64,000 nucleotides of DNA from NCBI GenBank assembly GCA_964304625.1, contig OZ199839.1, positions 10,325,287 to 10,389,286 on the forward strand, read 5' to 3'. Below the pieces are notes generated by a model that made no database searches, was not told the DNA's origin, and saw only the letters and a program-made list of their open reading frames with translations. Numbering within the stretch: position 1 is the stretch's first letter; every line of letters begins with the position of its first letter. Source of the DNA: Kudoa neothunni. Its lineage: Eukaryota; Animalia; Cnidaria. The position numbers and the translations under genes were made by a program. Below are positions 28,387-41,046 of this stretch, in pieces.

Positions 28387-28830
28387 TTAAGTAGAGCCAG
28401 CATAGCTGAATAACCTCCCAATCATATCAGAGGATGACAGAATAAATATTGTGTTCATATAATGAGGAATTTTAATTGTTATTCCAATTTTCTTTTTTGA
28501 TCCATTGAAAGAAAAATAATCGGATTCAATGAGAGTCCAAATCTCTTTTCTTGAAATGTATTCGGACAATTTTAGATTGAACACGGCATGTTTCTCTCCG
28601 GAAGTTAATTCGTCAACATTATCATCTAGAATTTTGATAGAGCCGTTTTCAATATTCTTTGAAAGTATAACGTTTGTATTTTTACACAGAATTATATACA
28701 ACATTGGATATTCTTCAATAATTTCGCTGAACAAATATCTTGCGCCTGTTATAAAAATATCACCTTTTTGAGGAACCGAAGTTATCGAATGGAACTTTTT
28801 TAAATAGCGACATCTCAGAAATTTATACAA
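28387..28830 (-). CDS. Hypothetical protein (intronless ORF, possibly a pseudogene fragment of a lineage-specific family)
   Basis: 147-codon open frame with globular composition in AT-rich DNA. Coding-like sequence continues upstream in another frame. No family recognised. Confidence 0.4.
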   Translation of the reverse strand: MYKFLRCRYLKKFHSITSVPQKGDIFITGARYLFSEIIEEYPMLYIILCKNTNVILSKNIENGSIKILDDNVDELTSGEKHAVFNLKLSEYISRKEIWTLIESDYFSFNGSKKKIGITIKIPHYMNTIFILSSSDMIGRLFSYAGST

Positions 28831-29149
28831 ATAACCTCGGTGTTATAAAATAATTCATCATATTTTATCATAGATAAAAGCGAGTTCAACTAAATAACAC
28901 TTTATCTTTTCGCATCTGCCAACAATTTCGACTCTACAGGAACATCTGGTATCATTTTTCGAAACCATCCTCATATAAGAAAATATCAAGAATGAAACAG
29001 AAGTTCCGATTCAGATTATATTTTATTCGATTTTTTTTCGTAAAAAGTCATAATTACAATCAATTTCAGTTAATTGCACCCACTACAGTCAATTATTGAA
29101 TTCATAAAGTCAGCTGCAATCAATTTATTTTTCCACAGTTAATTTTTGA

Positions 29150-29416
29150 AGACCCCTGGTCGGCTCTACAGAAACCCCCTATTGGGTTTTATTTCGTTCC
29201 TGTAAGTAACCCTGCTTTTATGAGCGCATGAGTTCTACCCTTCCAACAGAATCCCGTTACAGCTGCAAGAAAGACCACGACAAGTCGTAGATCCCTGCGA
29301 TTATTTCAGCCTTCCTACTCAATTTGGATTAGTTGTAAGGGATGCCTGGACTAGGCCTCGAACTTACAACCTCATGGTATGCGAGCCATATCCAACACCA
29401 TTATACCATAATTTCC
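29150..29416 (-). mobile_element. tRNA-derived SINE-like element
   Basis: The minus strand carries a Pol III A box TGGTATAATGG (29408-29398) and B box AGTTCGAGGCC (29364-29354) at tRNA-like spacing. A ~200-bp GC-richer body follows. No intact acceptor stem. Confidence 0.55.
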
Positions 29417-29788
29417 AGGCTTATGGTTAAGAAGCGCTGCGTTAGAAGGTCACTGTTTTTTAATCGTTACATGGTTCAAATGATTCGTAATTAAAGATTT
29501 TTAGAATTAAATTTACTCTACTGATTATAAATTCGTATAAATCTTATTTCCTGCTCAACTATTTTATATATGTTTAGAAAATGGCGCGTGCAAATAAAAT
29601 TTGATAAATGAGTGAAAATTTTGATCGTAAAAATATTAAATAAAATAATATTATGTTAACAAACTCAAAGTTGTGGCATTATTCGACCATTAAAAATTGA
29701 AATGTCAACCGCTGAACACAAGGGTGGATATGTATGAAGGAGTTGACGGAGAGATAGGTGAACTCAAATGAATGAATAAGAGGATAAG

Positions 29789-32509
29789 TTATAGCCTTGG
29801 AGATGATGGATGAGGCAAATTGAATTGATTGTTGTAAAGCCGTGTCAGATAAATACTTAGGCCGATGGTAAGAGCAGTGGCAACGAATCCAATGCACAAA
29901 GTCACATACTAAACGACGTTATAATGAAACTTTAGATTCAATAACAACCTTATCAATGGACGACGATATTAAGTAGAGTCTGAAAATGAAAGGGTCATGT
30001 CTATGTACGAATTGAAAATGGAAATGTCTAGTTGAAATTATACTCGCTGGCGGTCCACAATGGAAAGGGATGAGGGTCACTAAGGCCGACAGTGGTACTG
30101 ATATCGTAGACGCTAGCATCAAAAACGCAGCCGTTTGTGGTAGCAAAACTGTAGTAATTTGGCTATAATTTGAAATTAGTTTGCTGCACAAAAATTTCGC
30201 AATATACTAAATTGAATGATGCTTCAGCGGTACAATTGACAGGTTTATTAGTGACTACTTTCACAGTACCAAGGAAATATGCTAACAATCGTTTATAGAT
30301 TAGATGGTTATCATTTTGGGGATTTCTAATGAGAGGGGGCTTTATCTATAAAATAGCGCCAAAATCGATACACGCGTCTCAAACTTCACTCACTATTGAT
30401 ATCGGATTTGTACACCTCTTGAAACAAAGTGCATTTGATATTGTTAATAATGCATGAAAATAATTGTTTAACCTTGTTGACAATTTATTTCTACTCATAT
30501 ATAAAAGTGAACATACCACCAACTCGGAAGGGGCAGTAAGAGATGAAATGTCAGAGGAAGGTACTCCAGCAAGTTCAAGCACAGCTTTTGCCATTCCGAT
30601 AGACAACTTTTCCAATTTCTATACGGAAAAAATTAGACATGATTGGTCAATCACATATAATGTGATACTTCTATCAATTTATTGTTGTCTACAACATTTC
30701 CTGACTTAGTGAAAGCAACGTTGATATATTTGTCATTATCAAGATGACTAAGATAACGTCTAAATGAAATCACTGTATTAATTTCTAGGTTAAACATGAA
30801 CGAACTGGTTTTGGAACTCATTGTCAAAGTCTGTCAAAACAATCCCTTTGATATTGGAATTAAGTTTATGGAAAGCAACTAATGAAGATGGAGGCAATTC
30901 ACGTTTAGAGTTTGAACTCGTTGACGCTGATTGGACCGTCAAACCTTCTGCAGTTAATGTTTTCTTGATTTTTTCCTAAAAATATTGATATTTCACGAAT
31001 GTCCAATAAAATATTCACTATCAAAGTCGCATCTGTATTTTGGCTAGAATGAAGATATAGTGTTTTTTGGTCGTTTTGAATAAATGCCAGCTGATTAAAA
31101 TCAATAAAAGTGTTGATGTTGTTGAGTGTGAGAGCAGTTAGATTTTCATTTTTTGGAAATCGTTGATTTTTCAAAAAGCTTGCCAAAGTCTTGCTGCCAG
31201 TGAAATCGAATGTTTCCTTAAAATCCAATAAGACTCAATAAACACAGAAATAATTCAAATACCTTGTTATTGAGAAAGATAATCACATTTTTATTCATCT
31301 TTGATATGATACTCTTAAAATGATGATCAATCAAAAAATAGAAACAATACAACACATTGGAGTACATTTTCTCGTTTCCAATGACCCAAAATATGAGCTA
31401 CAGAAAGTAATGAGATGAGACCGCTAAGAGAACTTTCTGCATTCAAATCTTTTGTATAGAACAGTGAGCGTCCGTCCAACTATGGTTGGAAATTAAACCA
31501 ATAACAAAAGTGCCATATACAATTGCAGATAGCACAATAACTTCGTTAGTTCCTTTAAAATCTTTCATGTAATCACCCACACTAGCCCAATAACTTAATC
31601 CGTACAACTGGCTACAAAAATAATCAGTAATAAAAGGATTTTCATTTCTGCTCAAGCAGACTCTTGATGATTGATTTCTTGAGTACATGAAACTGCTCAT
31701 GTGTACCCCGCACTTCGTATAAGTTTCCGATGCTGTAGTTTTCACCTTAGAGAGACACTAATCGGGAATGTTTATTAGAGTGTATCACACGAATGGTGTA
31801 TACATTGTTGATTTTGCTAATTTCATCAGGATTATCCACAAGGAAGATAGGATAATTGAAAACTCGATATAGGAGTCTGTTACCCTTTACAAACAAAAAA
31901 TAATAACTCATTCAACTATCAAACAATTAGCAATACAGTGGGATTCCAAAGTTTTCCGGAGCATGGTTTGTCTGAAGGTGATTCATTAGGGCAAGCACTC
32001 GCGGGGGAGAAATTAACGTGTCCCACATTTGGGTTCGATTTCACAATTATTCCTTGTAATTTGGTAGACTTTTCCAAAGTTTCTATTTCCGGCCTAGTTT
32101 TTGGTTGAAAACGCGACCAGCAATCCAGAAAATACCTTCCAAACATTTGATCACTCAAATAAGCAATAATTGGTTCAGTAGGGGGATTTTTAGATAATTC
32201 TTTCAAATCGCCGGGATTAGTGATTGGCCATAGTCTTCCATTATTGCCATTCCTTGACGCTAATAAAAATTAAAAAGTTAAATAACTAGTTTGATTCGCT
32301 ATTTAATGAATGTATACATGAGCATCCTACACCCCCATTCAGCCCAGAATAATACACACACGGATAAAAATCATCAATATTTTGATAGATATCATCTTTC
32401 AATGTGCATCTCAGGGGAGAAACTATTCAATTTCATCAATACAATTTAATTACAAATCTATTGGATACTGCAAAAAAAGAAAAATCAATACTAAACAACT
32501 AATTATCAT
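29789..32509 (-). CDS. NCSTN: Nicastrin (gamma-secretase subunit), multi-exon
   Basis: Signal peptide, then DIYQNIDDFYPCV......VGCS, FSPASACPN, LWNP, NVIIFLNNKETFDFTGS (equivalent to GETFDYIGS), ELPPSSL, PLWTAS, FRLYLISS. A single TM YVTLCIGFVATALTIGLSIYL and a short tail end at TAA 29789. Confidence 0.93.
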
Positions 32510-32798
32510 TTAATCGGTTAGTCTCGACTTGGACCGATTCACGTACATTAGTATGGAGATCGGTTTGTATTCGTTGGTTCAATAAGTTAGTGAATTTGTT
32601 TGGATTCTAAAATTCTATGGATATTATTTTTAACTGAAAACAATAGATGCTTATTTTACTCGGTTCTTTTAACGACCATATCCAAATAATCCTTATTTTC
32701 TTATCCTGAGGGAAATTTGTTTATCAACTTTTTTTAACTATAACTAATTTAACACATTAAAAATTTTTTTTTCTGTTTCATAAAATAAAAAAAGTAAC

Positions 32799-33311
32799 AT
32801 GAGAGTCGTATGGATAGTTTTGTTGTTAGTGACTTTAAGTACATCAAACAGAAATATTTTTTATCAATTATTCACATTATATTCTAGAGTCATATGATAT
32901 GAAAAAAAATCCAACCCCCCACTTAAATTACTACCATTCTGTTCATTCAAGTATGGTAAAAATATAATTTGATTTTAATGTGATTTTATGCTAGAGGTTG
33001 TACCCACTTCAAATGGACAAACAAGGAGCTACCAAACAAAACCTTCTGATATGAACGAATTTTCCGATGTCCGTACAGATTTGTATAACGCTCCAAACAC
33101 TTATAAATATGGCGTGGATACTTATTATAACAATTATCATCGAGACGTAATACTTTTATCTCTCCCACACATAATTTAATGGGCGTAGCGGCGAAACGAT
33201 ATCTCAAGACCTAAAGTTATAGCCAATTTAAAAGAATTATTTTTACGCGGTAAATTGATATATTTTATCTATGTTGTAATCTGAATTTTAGCGGTTAACA
33301 ACGATTATTAA
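32799..33311 (+). CDS. Small secreted orphan protein (~115 aa, 5 exons)
   Basis: Four consecutive short GT-AG introns keep one frame: MRVVWIVLLLVTLKSYDMKKNPTPHLNYYHSVHSKVVPTSNGQTRSYQTKPSDMNEFSDVRTDLYNAPNTYKYGVDTYYNNYHRDRRNDISRPKVIANLKELFLRAVNNDY*. The hydrophobic N-terminus looks like a signal peptide. Confidence 0.7.
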
Positions 33312-35081
33312 TGGTAGAGATTTGGTTTTAGTGAGTTTAGTGTGATTTTGTTAAATTAATTATAATAAGTGTGAGTTGTTCTCAGGTCGGAATGGCGTAT
33401 AATTTATATTCTGTATTTAATTAATAGAAAGGGATAATCATAATTGTTGATGTATGCATCATGAATGAAAAATTGAGGCCTTGTCATTTATAATATTAAG
33501 CATTCCTCTTCTTTATTGGTTTTCAAGGTAAACCAACGAAGCAACTTATTAGGTTGCAGTGGGAATCGCAAAATTATTAACATCTACCCCTCGTCCCTTA
33601 TCTTTCTATGGTAATGTGGGAGTTTAGTCCACTAAACATCCTCGTTTCTGTTATATACCATACCAAAATAATAACCCATATTAAATATAAGGCAGTGTCT
33701 ATTGGACCTTACAAATTCGGTTTATTATATGTTTGGATTATTTATTATCCAAAATGTGTATTTTTAGATTTAAATGAACGCTTATAAATTTAATTAAGTC
33801 TCATATTGATAAAACTTTGATTTTACTTTCTTATAAAACTAAATTATATATTTTTCACTGGGTGGCATAATTATAAATCATTGTATACAGTAAGATGTTT
33901 CTACATTAACACCAATAATAATAATAACAATGGAGTTGTTACATCACAAAATATCCGATTTTAGTAAAAGAAAACATGTGAATTTAATTCATAACGTGCC
34001 TGTGTGGAATGAATACAGAAGGGAATATCACAAGCCATAATAATCTCATTTTTAAAAATAATTTATTTAACATAAGAGTTCCATTTAACAGTTTTGAAGA
34101 ACTAAAATTGAAAATTGATGAATCCGCATAAAAAAGTCCATAACTATAAATAAGATTATTTTATTAGTGAATTTATTACATCCTAAACTTATCACGAGTT
34201 TATTATACCAACAATTTCTTGTTCGATTATATGTAGAGCTAGCAGATATTCTGATAATATAAGTTATAAAAATTAAAATTAATCTATCAGTAAATTGGAT
34301 CATTTATTATGATAAATTACAAGAATAATAACGTTTTATTTCTCTTAAGTTAAGTCGGTTAACACGTTCCTACGGACCAACATCCTCCATTTTTAATATA
34401 TAAATATAAAATATACTATGGTAATTTTTTAAGGGATTGTAACTTAAAATAGATTGCTTCAACGACAGTAAACCGATTTGTACGGGCCAATAGATACTGT
34501 CTAAATATAATTGTACGAATGACACACACGGCGTTCATTGTTCGGTTTAGTAGGTTTACGCGAAGTGGATGTTCTATTATTTGGCGCAAATTAAAACACT
34601 AATGGCTTCCAGGGAAACCAACACCCTAAACCCTATCCATAAATCCATTAGGGTTCTGCCTTTACAGAGATTTCAAGGCTGTAAGCGCATCGCCGACGAT
34701 TCAAGCGTCTAATTCACCCTCCTCTGCTGGATCAAACTATAACTGTCGGCGATATTACACTTGAAGTGCAATAGCACTCTAAAAACAAGCTCCCATTACG
34801 GGATAGAAACATACTTGTACAGTAAACTGTAGACTGATTTTCTATTCGAACCGAAATAATATGAGACGTATAAAAATTCTGGAATTTAAAGTTAGCTATC
34901 CAATTGTAACATGCTCTATTTGGTTTTTCATAAATGTATAAATGGAGGAGTAATAGATATGAAAGTAAGAAGAGAAGAGTTCATTGTATTTTGACTAAGA
35001 GTAGAATGACATTATGCTTAAAAATTCACACCAAAATAATCATAACGAGTGTCTATTAGCGTATCCAGTTTGTAGTTTCAA

Positions 35082-38000
35082 TTAGAAGGTGACAATTTGA
35101 TGATTGATTATGTCTGTTATTACGATTTTTCCACAAGATAACACTGAGATATCTTCGGGGCTTTTGAAAAGATTGTTGGGAGTGGTTGTGGAAGAAGGAA
35201 ATTCAGCTATGACCATGCCATCACTACATTAAATCAAAATTATTGAGATAGAGTTGGAAGTGTTTACCTATTGCAGACAAGAACACGACAATTTCCAGAA
35301 TCAGACACCACCAAATTTCCCATCAGATCGAAATCTATACCTTTCGGTGTGGATAATGTGTCAATGGAGGTGTTGCCAAGATGAGATATGGTGGAAATAG
35401 GATTAGAACCTTGGCGTGGATCAAAAACCAGAATGAGATTGTTTTTGGAGTCGGTAGCGTACACTTGATTCCTAAACGAGTCGTATGCGGTGTAAACAGG
35501 GTAAAATCGAAGTTTGTCATAGTTTGTATCTAAAAAAAGTAAATTAATATAAGAATATAACTAATCCACAATTACATAAGTTATCTATGTGGATTCCTTC
35601 TGTGTTTATCAATTGGATTCTAGCGTTATCTCTATCACAAACAAAGAATTTATTTCCAGAGTTGTTGAAACAAATGCCCATTGGAGAACGAAAGTTTCCA
35701 GCAGTGTATCCTTCTTTGCCAAAACAAGCTTTGGGTTTTAATATAAAAGTTTCCCGCGCTGAATTAGTAGATATAATTTCTTTATGGAAGAGTTGGATGC
35801 GATGGTTGGTTAGTTCACTGACCACAATGAGATCCCCATCGTTGTTTAAAGCAATACCAGATGGACATGAAAAATGCCCGACTTTCTGACCATGCGATCC
35901 AAACACTCCAAGTTGTTCTCCTCGTTTTCCCAACACCTAATTCATTCAAAAATTTTCCAGTACCGAAAAATTTAGGGAATAAAACACTTCTACCTGTAGT
36001 CGATGGTTGTAACTGTCACACACAAATATTTCATGATTATTGTTGGAGGTGACACCCAAAGGGGACTTGAATTCTTTGGATTTGGTTCCATAGGCTCCAA
36101 TTTTAAAAGGTTGAATTGATTTTTGCGACTCATAGTCCCTTTTTTGCGAATGCATTCACATAGAATGGGCTTCCTTTGATAGCGCTATCTCCGATGGAAA
36201 CTTCAATGGCGTGCTTTCCAGTCACTTTTGGCACGTAACTCACCAAATAGCTTCCATCATCTATTAGAATAAAATATGGGGTTGTATATTAAAGATTGAA
36301 AAAAGTAGATTATATATATTCAATTCCTTATAAATATGACATTTGAGTAAAATTCAGAAAAAGTTATATTTTTTATAAATTAAAAGAATAGATTTTAATA
36401 AAAAAATATAAAAAAAACAATTTTACTCACCGTGAAAAATATGTAATTAATTACATCTCAGTTATTCTTAGTTCAAACAAACAATCAGTAATCTACGAAA
36501 AGTTCATTAACGATTCTCAAAGAAATTATAATTCTGAATACGCGTCTGTATATAAATTTAAACAAATATTAAAAGAAGTGACTATTTCGTTAAATTATAA
36601 TGTACAGTAGATGTTAAAAAATAAAATTTATAAATCAATTATAAATAGGAGTTTCTGGGATTTAAAATGGTTACTGGGCGTGAGCAGGTGCAATTAAGAA
36701 TTAAAAATATCTGTTGTAACTGCCAATATTAAATACTAGATTTGAATTAAAAAAATACAGTTATAATCCTTTAAATTTAAAAAAAAATAAAAATTAAGTT
36801 AAATTCTTAAATATGAAAAAAATTAATAATAAATTATCTTAAAAATATTTAATTTATGTTGGGAAAATATTTCATCGAAAAGTATTAAAAATGTTAACGA
36901 TTATTCAAATAGTAAAATTGAAAATTACGATGATTCTTAACTGACACATTTGTATCGAGTATATGGTTGCTGGAAGAAGTGATATTTATTTGTAGATTCT
37001 TATTCACAGCAATATTATTTCCAAACCTATCCATTGTGACAACTCGAAAACACTGAGGTTCATTGACAATGGCATTTTTGATGCCATCACCAGAAGCAAA
37101 TGATAATTCAGCATAGGTTGAGAATATTTCAACGGAACCGATAATATTAGAGCCAATATTATCGGAAATCTAGAATAAATGTGTTCAACTTGGATTGTAG
37201 ACAGTAGTCCATCAACAAACATACGGGATTAATATTTTTTTTGAAAATAATGCTATCATCTTCTTCAGGTTCGATCTTTAAGGCTTGAAATTCGGAACAC
37301 AAATTTTTCAGATGAAACTTAAGGTTTAGTATCTTTACAGCATCGTCACGAGATAGGTGTTTGTGAGAGACCGATTCGAGGAAAACCATTTTTCCTAGTT
37401 CCATCTCAAGCGCATCTTTCTGAACGTCTAATTTTTTTAGTTTTAGGCGAATTCCTTTGTTGAGATAGTCTTTTATTTCATCCCCCATCATGCTGATTTC
37501 TTTGATTCTTTCCTAAGTTGGTCAAACAAAGTTAAGAGATTATTCGCAACAACATCGCTAGTATACTTGTACACTTTGATTTATTCTACTTACAATATCC
37601 TCTTCGCATTGTTTAAGGTTTTCAATGGTGGTTTCGATGTTGTGGACAGCATCTCTGATAAGAATTTGATTATTCTTATTGTTCTCAAGAAGTTCTATAA
37701 ACAGTTTCCTCTGTTGTCTATAAATATCGCAGATGTCAAATATCTTGTGTTCTCGATGCCCAACTATCTCACAAACTCTACACATCAACTCCTCGCAGTC
37801 ATTACAAAAGTATTTCAATAGGTTTTTGTTGTGTAGTCTAAATTTTAATCATTTGTCATAAACAACTGATATGAATACACATATTCATACTTGCAGTATT
37901 TGTATTTTAACTCTTCGTTAGGTAATACACTTACGTTGGCTTCATTTTCCACGTCCAACGGAGGTGATTCTGTAGTTGGTAAAACAACTGAATTTCTTAT

Positions 38001-38297
38001 GAGATCACACAACTTTTCGAGCTGAAAATTTCTAGGAATACCCTTTAGAAAATTATCTGGACCACCCTCACCAATTATTGTAATTTTTGAACATATTGGA
38101 CAAGTCAAATATTTCCCAAAGTCAACATCCCCATAAGATCGAGTTGTCAACATATTCATTATGCATCCTGAACAGAAGCTATGACTGCAATTTAAGTGTT
38201 TAGGATTTTCCATCACTCCCAGACATATGCCGCATGTGAGAACCTCAACAAGATTCTCAAATATAGAAATATACTCTTCCGGGGTAGCTCCCTGCAT
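35082..38297 (-). CDS. TRIM-NHL E3 ligase (TRIM2/TRIM3-like): RING, one B-box, coiled coil, filamin repeat, six NHL repeats
   Basis: RING CGIC...LNCSHSFCSGC...CPIC; B-box YFCNDCEELMCRVC...HREH; coiled-coil exons; filamin ASGDGI...DDGSYLVSYVP...G...I.V.....IKGSPF. Six NHL units (e.g. EFKSPLGV...IFVCDSYNHRLQV, NFRSPMGI...VCDRDNARIQL) end at TAA 35082. Confidence 0.92.
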
Positions 38298-39589
38298 TCT
38301 TGTCAAACAACAGTACAACCGTGTGTTGGATTAGCCCCTTTAGACAATGGAAATTTGTTTACGTGAAGTCTGTTCAATTGAATAATAACATTTCTATTAA
38401 CACATCTTATACAAATCCATAGCAGGTAATTATTTATGTTTCACACCTACTAAAAAAATGATCACAACTAATCCTGTCTCTTCGCAACATCAATTTAAAA
38501 AAATTGTGTTTTTCAATCGGTTAAAAATTATTAACAGAAATATAATAATAAATTGTAATTTAATTGTTCCACTCAATTTATTTGTTTCTCGATAAGAGTA
38601 TATTATATAAATTCGTTGCAATATTTAGAAAGTTCGTAAAAATTAAGTTATACCTTCATTCTCTCCATAATACAACTTATTTCCACGACTATTTTGACTA
38701 AAAAAATGGTCTAAACTATAAAAAGAAATAAAATATTTAAATCCAAGGATTTGTGGCGTAAAGTTTAACCGTCGAATACCTGGAGGTTGCCTTGCCATTG
38801 TGTCCAATCAGTGCTTATTATATCAATAACTTTTACAAAATACTTTCTTCCCTTGGTGTATTTTATAGAATATTTGTGATTTTAAAAGTATTTAAATAGC
38901 CGAGTTTTATGTTTAATATTTTCGCTTTAAATCAAAAAAGAACAAAAGTTACACGAATACCTGATCATGCTCTCCGTGGTCACCTAATAAATAATAACGT
39001 TAAGATAGTCAAAATATATAAAAAACTTTTCTACAGTAAGATAAACATTACAAATGTATTTTGAAGCAAGGCATTTTTTAAAATTATTTTTTTTCTAGAA
39101 CAACTTGACTCTGTGAACTAATTTAATCTTACATGGGAATAATTCATATTATAATAATTTCGTTAGATTACATTCCAACAAAAAGAAGTAAGTTAAATGT
39201 AGTAGTTTAAAGTTTAAATAAGACCATCTTATCATAACTTAAAAATTTAAAATCTTAAAATCCTTAGACTATATACATTTAACGTATTTCTGTCAATAGG
39301 GGAGGAGATTTCCTAATAAAATCATGGATTTTGAGAATAAAACAAAACCTCAACTGTTAAAATAATAATAATAACAATAAGTAAATGTTAACAAATAATA
39401 AAACAGTTGACCTCTAATTTTTCACGCTATTCAAAGTATATACAAGCATAATTATTATTGTTCTTCGCACTTTTGCGAATAAACGCCACAAAAACGCATC
39501 ATTGATTTATTTTTATTAAATGTATTATATTTTAATATGTAAAAAATAACGTAAATAATTATTTTCTCAACCTTGAATGCAATAATTTT

Positions 39590-40606
39590 GGCTAAATTAC
39601 AGTATACGGGAATTTAGGGCGGAATGTCATCTTATAAGAGAATATTCACATTTGAGGATATTGACAGCACCACAATGCTTGATTATGGCTATTTTCGAGA
39701 TGACCTCGAATACACTATCAAGGTTTTGCAAAACGTGGGTCTTTTGCATACTTTTCGTAAATGTGTGTGCGGAGAGAGTATGTACATATTGGCAAGGAAG
39801 GATGTCAACGATGGATACCAATTCAGGTGTAGCGTGTGTAATAAAAGATGTTCTATCCGAAAAGGGACAATATTTGAACTATCGAAGCTGCCTTTGTGGA
39901 CAATTTTTATTGGAATGGTTTCTATCATCCAAATATGACGTATGAAACTCTACGTCAACATTTAAATATATCCTCAAATTCAACGATATTGGAGCTGAAA
40001 TCTGTTATTAGAGACTTAATGACTCTAAAATTAGATGATGAGCCCATTAAAATTGGAGGCGAGGGAAAAATCGTCCAAATCGATGAAACAGCCATCTCAA
40101 AAAAGAAAATATGATGTTGGGAGGATTTTAAAAAATCAACAGTATTGGATGGTAGGTGGGATCGACGAGGACGGAGACTGCTTCCTGAAAGTTACCAAGA
40201 TTCGGAACAGAGAAGTTCTCGAAAATATTATAACAGAAAATGTGGAGGCGGGCTCGACCACTTGGACAGACGGTTGGCGCGGATACAACACTTTGGAAGA
40301 TTTAGGATTTATTCATGGGGTTGTGATCCATAAGCGGCGATTCGTTTCTCCTGGAGGGATTCATACAACCCGTATAGAATCTACTTGGGGAGCATTCAAA
40401 CGAAAATACAGGAACGCCACTAATAAGAATCCAGAAAATCTAGATGGTAACATATCTGACTTCTTGTTTAGAAGAAAATATTTTAAAAAAGAATTAAGCA
40501 CCCTCTTTAAATATATATGATTATATTTTCACATTAAAATATTTCCGATTTTTCCCGAGAGCGCCAATATTTTCTACGAAGATTTCCCGTATACTGTAAT
40601 TTAGCT
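39590..40606 (+). mobile_element. Merlin (IS1595/ISXO2-like) DNA transposon, complete ends, 1017 bp
   Basis: TIRs GGCTAAATTACAGTATACGGGAA (39590) and TTCCCGTATACTGTAATTTAGCT (40606), with a perfect 8-bp TSD ATAATTTT on both sides. Transposase 39624..40520 lies in three frames, with a Zn ribbon (CVCG...CSVC) and DDE motifs VQIDET, WTDGWRGY, HT.RIESTW. Confidence 0.96.
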
Positions 40607-41046
40607 ATAATTTTTATTATTTTAATACATTTTGCGTGTGGTCACATTGGCCACCTCCAGGAATTCGTGTAATTTTTTCCTTTAGATGTTGGAGGTTTAA
40701 TCATGAAATCATCGAAGTTTATCCATGAGAACCGAATCTCTCGATTTTTTGTCACAAAACTAACAAAATTAGATCAATTTGTGTTAATATTAAATAATAA
40801 TGCTAGAAAACATTTAAAAAATAATAGCTAAAATTCGTGCACACAACGAACATCAAAAAGGGCATTCCCCTTGCATCTTTAAAAGTTTGGCGCGCAAGCA
40901 CGGAAAAAAGCACAAAGAAACAATATCAACAAAAAAACTTATATCATAAAAAAATCATTTATTTTCATTCATGCCAAATCAAAACAGCTCTAAACAAGAA
41001 AATTAATTTTACAAGTAAGAAGATTAAATCTAGGATTAATATATCA

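Noticed and set aside
29340-29416. tRNA gene
   Set aside because: A and B boxes are present but there is no acceptor stem or convincing cloverleaf; treated as a SINE head.
29679-30191. ORF-track proteins 29679..29897 and 29919..30191 as separate genes
   Set aside because: They are mostly wrong-frame readings of the last nicastrin exons.
35082-38297. Assignment as TRIM71/LIN-41
   Set aside because: Only one B-box is seen and orthology cannot be settled without a phylogeny, so no gene symbol is given.
39590-40606. Bacterial contamination or a true prokaryotic IS1595
   Set aside because: The element has a TSD within AT-rich DNA flanked by spliced eukaryotic genes, which fits the eukaryotic Merlin superfamily.
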